Of a stretch of 64,000 nucleotides of DNA, positions 55,756-64,000 are shown in pieces (positions within the stretch are counted from its first letter, which is position 1; each line of letters opens with the position of its first letter). The stretch covers positions 26,184 to 90,183 of the forward strand of contig JADFYE010000002.1 of NCBI GenBank assembly GCA_015233195.1, in the 5' to 3' direction. Source of the stretch: Candidatus Omnitrophota bacterium. GTDB lineage: Bacteria > Omnitrophota > Gorgyraeia > Zapsychrales > Zapsychraceae. Under the pieces are notes generated by a model. The model did no database searches, was not told the DNA's origin, and saw nothing but the letters and a program-made list of their open reading frames with translations. A program made the position numbers and the translations under genes.

Positions 55756-56005
55756 CGCTGACCTCCTCTTTAACAGTCAAGAGTAAATCTTCGATAGAAT
55801 CCCTTTGTTTTTCCGCTTCATCTAATAATTCTTTAAGTTTCCAACGAATAACTTCGACAGACTGACCAATAAGCTTAGGCATTATCATTAAGAAAATATC
55901 TTGGCGGGCAAAATGTTTTAGAACTTCATTCTCAGTGTCAAGCAGATCTTCCAGACAAACGACCACCTCTTGTTTGTAAGCCATAAAGCTCCTTTCATCC
56001 CCCAT
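55745..56005 (-). CDS. Hypothetical small protein
   Basis: 86-aa ORF that overlaps the start of the PilZ gene. Confidence 0.4.
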   Translation of the reverse strand: MGDERSFMAYKQEVVVCLEDLLDTENEVLKHFARQDIFLMIMPKLIGQSVEVIRWKLKELLDEAEKQRDSIEDLLLTVKEEVSDVY

Positions 56006-56029
56006 TAGCCCTATAATAATAACATATTA

Positions 56030-60744
<4,715 letters not shown>

Positions 60745-60844
60745 GGTCTATTAATCTTTATATTATTAAGAATGGGAAAGTATAAGATATAAATATAAAT
60801 ATGACAAGGGCAAGCAAGATAAATACGTAAAAAGCGAATAAATT

Positions 60845-61129
60845 TTATACAAACTGGATTTTAAGCCGTTTTCCAAGAGCCAACGCTGTCTTTTCCAATG
60901 TTAACAATGTAACAGACTCATTATTGGGATCTAACAATCTATCCAACTGGATTCTACTTTTAATCTTCATACGTTCAGTCATAGCTTTTTTAGTAAGATG
61001 CTTCTCTTTCATAATCTGCTGTACTTGATAAGCAATAACTCTTTTCGTTGCATTAGTTGAAGTTTCTTCAAGTATTCCTTCTTGCTTTAAAAAATCATCG
61101 AAACTACTTCCAATATGTTTGTTTTTCAT
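60845..61129 (-). CDS. HTH (XRE-type) antitoxin, HigA-like
   Basis: 94 aa from ATG 61129. Partner of the upstream Gp49/HigB-like toxin, with a 4-nt gap. HTH segment LTKKAMTERMKIKSRIQLDRLL. Confidence 0.7.
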   Translation of the reverse strand: MKNKHIGSSFDDFLKQEGILEETSTNATKRVIAYQVQQIMKEKHLTKKAMTERMKIKSRIQLDRLLDPNNESVTLLTLEKTALALGKRLKIQFV

Positions 61130-61133
61130 ATTA

Positions 61134-61481
61134 TCATCCTCTCTTAATATCATTCAAACGTCTTTGTGCTAACTCTAAATCCTCTATCGAAATTTTTTGG
61201 CTTTTTTTAATAAACCCATGTAATAAAATAATTTGTTCCCCTTGAATTGTAAATAACACCCGCGAAATTTTATCCCTCAATTTGGTTCTAACCTCCCAAA
61301 GATCCCTATCTAATTTTTCAACAATAGGCATACCTAATGGCCAACCGAATTGTACTGTTTTAATATCCTCACCAATCTGTTTTTTCTCATTCTTTTGTAA
61401 TAAATGTAACCAATCTCTAACAGGTTCACTCCCTGTTGATGTCATATAAAAAACAACTTTTATTGGCTCAACTCGTTCCAT
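61134..61481 (-). CDS. Type II toxin, RelE/ParE superfamily (Gp49/HigB-like)
   Basis: 115 aa with PVRDWL..L.., LWEVRTKL..ISRVLFTIQGEQIILLHGFIKKSQK, typical of the family. Confidence 0.75.
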   Translation of the reverse strand: MERVEPIKVVFYMTSTGSEPVRDWLHLLQKNEKKQIGEDIKTVQFGWPLGMPIVEKLDRDLWEVRTKLRDKISRVLFTIQGEQIILLHGFIKKSQKISIEDLELAQRRLNDIKRG

Positions 61482-61493
61482 ATCTAATTAAGT

Positions 61494-61509
61494 GTACCAT
61501 TTTTGGTAC
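61494..61509. promoter_or_regulatory. Palindromic operator candidate immediately upstream of the toxin-antitoxin pair
   Basis: gtacca-tttt-tggtac (6-bp perfect arms), 13 nt upstream of the toxin start. Confidence 0.35.
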
Positions 61510-61549
61510 TATTTGTAAATAGAAAATTTTTTCCGAAACCTTAATAAAA

Positions 61550-64000
61550 TCAAGAACGATTAACCCTCTTATCTATAGGATCAAGTTGTCCGATTTTATT
61601 ATCATTCTCTTTGATCGGAGCTAAACCGAGCAAGGGCAAGACGCTGGATAATGGCACAATATTTGTAATTATAGCTTTAAATTCCCCCGATTGAAATTCC
61701 TGTAGCATAGCAGGATCAAAATTAAATTCGATTTTAGGACCAGTGCCGTCCACGCGCCTAAAACCAACAGCGGACATATCGATACCGCCGAGGTCTGACT
61801 CCATAGCAGAATCTAAAGTAGCTTCATTTTTATTACCAACTATAAATGCCTGAAACAACACTCCAGCGCTTAAATCTCCGGAAAATGTTTTATAAGAAAT
61901 TCCCCTAAATTTAAGATACCTCTCAAATAATACAGCTTCCATAATTCCTCGAGCGCGACCCCAAAACTCTTTTATTCTACGATGTCTCAATTCTTCGAAA
62001 AGGACATCCAAAAGTAATACTCCTTTTCCACGATTCCATTGATCTCGAGCTATAGCAAGCAGTGGTACACGCACCTGATCCTTTTGTTCAATATCAAAAC
62101 TAATAAATCCTTCAATATCACCATCTTTATTAACCAGCAAATAAAGATTACGAACCCCCTCCATATACAACGGATCATCAAACAACTCTAGCCAAATACT
62201 TTTAAAACTTTCAAATATTCCAACAAATGATTGTTGATGAACAACAGCAATAGCGTTTGCTAATTCATTTCGTATTTCTAAATTTTCCTTAGGAATCAAA
62301 CGTAAAATTGAACGCGAATCAATAACAGCAACAGATCCTTTCTTTTGACTTATATCGATTTGTTCTACAGCTTCTTGAATAATTCTTTTGAAATCTGTTT
62401 TTTGAAGTATCCGACGCCCATCCACCTTTGCGTCTGATAGAATTGCCAAATCCACATCATTATTTTCTACATATCCAATAGTATCTGATAAATGATTACG
62501 CGTACCAGTTAAAATTACAGATACCTCTTGATCATTTTTCAATTTATTAAATATTTCAGCGTAATTACCCTCTTGCACTATCTGGGTCGGATAATTAACT
62601 ACGATCGCGATTCCTTTTTCCTTTAGCCTTGCCATTAAATCTCTTCGGCTCAAAAAAATCTTAGCCGAAACTTGAATAACATCTGCCCAATCATACAAAT
62701 TTTCATTAACTGCTTTTTCAAAATTTTCTTCAGCAGCCAACGAAGAAGTGGAAACTGTTGCGCCAATATATTTAATTCCTGTTTCCGCTTTTAATTTTTT
62801 CATTGCATCCGTAAACCCGCCATCGCGTAAGACCTCGATAGGCGCGCTATGGACGTAAAAAAGATCGACTTTTCCTAAACGCTCAATACTTCTTCTTAAT
62901 GAACTTCGTAAAAATTCCTCAGAAAAATCTTTTTTTCCATATTCGCCAGGATTTGCAGGGGTTTCTTCGCCGCCTTTAGTCGCGATAAAAAAACGATCCC
63001 GCAACTCAGGATAATTCTTAAAAAAAACACCAATTTGTTCTTCGCTCGTTCCATATGCAGCAGCTGTATCAAGCATAATTTTTGCATCCAAATTAGGATA
63101 TTGCCCCACTACTGAAAGTAAAAATTTTTTAATTTCTGAATACTCAGGAATAGTAGTTGATGTGCGCCATTGTCGTCCAAACCAAACAGTTCCAATACCT
63201 AAAATGTTCAGGTTATCTTCTTTTATTTTTCGTGATGCCATATTTGAAACATTCCAGTTCTCCGGTAAATCACGAAGAATTTGGTTAGGTGCGCCTTGAA
63301 CATTTAAAAATTTAACATCACCCCAAGTGCCGCCTATTTCCATAACATCAAAAATATTTTGCATAAGAACAGCTGTTCCTTGTTCTTGAAGCAAATCCTG
63401 ACCTCTTTCATCGATAGCAAGAATAACTCGTGCGTTATCCTTAACATCATTACGCCTCCCCAATAATACAGAAAGTGTTTTTTCATTCCGAGGATTTGTA
63501 ACATGCGCATCATTTAAAGAATCACCTACTGAAACAATCATCTCACTATCTGATGTCTCATTTGCAACAATAATATCATTAGAAAATAAAGTAATTTTGG
63601 TAAAACTGCTACCGCCTCCGAGATGATATTCGCTAAAATCCCGTCTAATAACCTTCGCTGCCTTTAATTGTTCAATTGCTTCTTTTGCAATTTCATTTCC
63701 ATCAAGCTGATAATCATGGTGATATATAATTGCAATTTCACCATCAAATGACCAAAATCGAGCATCTAAATTTATAAATCGCATAGCCTCATTAAAAATA
63801 TCATTAATACCATCTTTACCTATAAACGAACTTGCCCTCTTTATTCTTGCAATGTATAAACTAAGATTTTGACCTGATTTACTACCAAGTTTATCTAAAT
63901 ATATAGTACTCAACGTGCGTGCGATTTCTCGCTGTTCTTCTTCATCAAAAACCAATTTTTTATTAGTATCAAAAACAAATTCGCTAAAGTTAGAACTATA
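61550..64000 (-). CDS. Giant multidomain protein, 5'-partial at window edge: HAD-like, aldo/keto reductase, GNAT, C-terminal GGIDM module
   Basis: The track calls a TTG start at 63955, but my translation of 63956-64000 in the same frame (YSSNFSEFVFDTNKK) has no stop, so the ORF probably continues beyond the window. HAD-like GDSLNDAHV; AKR signature DTAAAYGTSEEQIG; GNAT RDQWNRGKGVLLLDVL. Confidence 0.65.
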   Translation of the reverse strand, partial: YSSNFSEFVFDTNKKLVFDEEEQREIARTLSTIYLDKLGSKSGQNLSLYIARIKRASSFIGKDGINDIFNEAMRFINLDARFWSFDGEIAIIYHHDYQLDGNEIAKEAIEQLKAAKVIRRDFSEYHLGGGSSFTKITLFSNDIIVANETSDSEMIVSVGDSLNDAHVTNPRNEKTLSVLLGRRNDVKDNARVILAIDERGQDLLQEQGTAVLMQNIFDVMEIGGTWGDVKFLNVQGAPNQILRDLPENWNVSNMASRKIKEDNLNILGIGTVWFGRQWRTSTTIPEYSEIKKFLLSVVGQYPNLDAKIMLDTAAAYGTSEEQIGVFFKNYPELRDRFFIATKGGEETPANPGEYGKKDFSEEFLRSSLRRSIERLGKVDLFYVHSAPIEVLRDGGFTDAMKKLKAETGIKYIGATVSTSSLAAEENFEKAVNENLYDWADVIQVSAKIFLSRRDLMARLKEKGIAIVVNYPTQIVQEGNYAEIFNKLKNDQEVSVILTGTRNHLSDTIGYVENNDVDLAILSDAKVDGRRILQKTDFKRIIQEAVEQIDISQKKGSVAVIDSRSILRLIPKENLEIRNELANAIAVVHQQSFVGIFESFKSIWLELFDDPLYMEGVRNLYLLVNKDGDIEGFISFDIEQKDQVRVPLLAIARDQWNRGKGVLLLDVLFEELRHRRIKEFWGRARGIMEAVLFERYLKFRGISYKTFSGDLSAGVLFQAFIVGNKNEATLDSAMESDLGGIDMSAVGFRRVDGTGPKIEFNFDPAMLQEFQSGEFKAIITNIVPLSSVLPLLGLAPIKENDNKIGQLDPIDKRVNRS

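Overview
AT-rich bacterial chromosomal window with diderm-type gene content (Mla system, secretin, PEP-CTERM). It may come from an uncultured candidate-phylum lineage, but that is a guess. Almost every gene is on the minus strand and tightly packed.

(1) 0.3-9 kb, housekeeping: a structured repeat, tRNA-Arg(CCT), apt, a sigma-70 family factor, ppdK, glyQS, mlaD/F/E and a receiver-only response regulator.

(2) 9-29.5 kb, envelope-type membrane proteins:
- an inverted duplication of a YfhO-like + TPR gene pair;
- a NosR/NapH-like FMN/Fe-S membrane protein, an AmmeMemoRadiSam-type radical SAM enzyme and a Tat-signal micro-ORF absent from the ORF track, all linked by start/stop overlaps;
- a membrane-fused spermidine-synthase-like protein;
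- a 1203-aa secreted kinase-FHA-kinase protein;
- two tandem GT-C-like paralogs with a decayed third copy between them.

(3) 29.5-48.3 kb, the stand-out locus: about 21 co-directional genes with gaps of 36 nt or less, or overlaps. A type IV filament machine (secretin, GspL/PilMN-like, PilO/GspM-like, PilP/GspC-like, GspE/PilB ATPase, GspF/PilC platform, three prepilin-type pilins) runs directly into a complete Trb/VirB type IV secretion set (VirB2,3,4,5,6,8,9,10,11). An ORF6N DNA-binding protein, a TraF-type S26 peptidase and a lipoprotein follow. No coupling protein, relaxase, VirB1, integrase or prepilin peptidase is visible.

(4) 48.5-64 kb: cmoB/cmoA, more GT-C-like membrane proteins, a PEP-CTERM protein, a MazG / receiver / PilZ cluster and ybiT. 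It also holds two more giant multi-enzyme proteins that share termini with the 1203-aa protein, separated by a HigBA-like TA pair.

No rRNA, CRISPR array, transposase or integrase was recognised.
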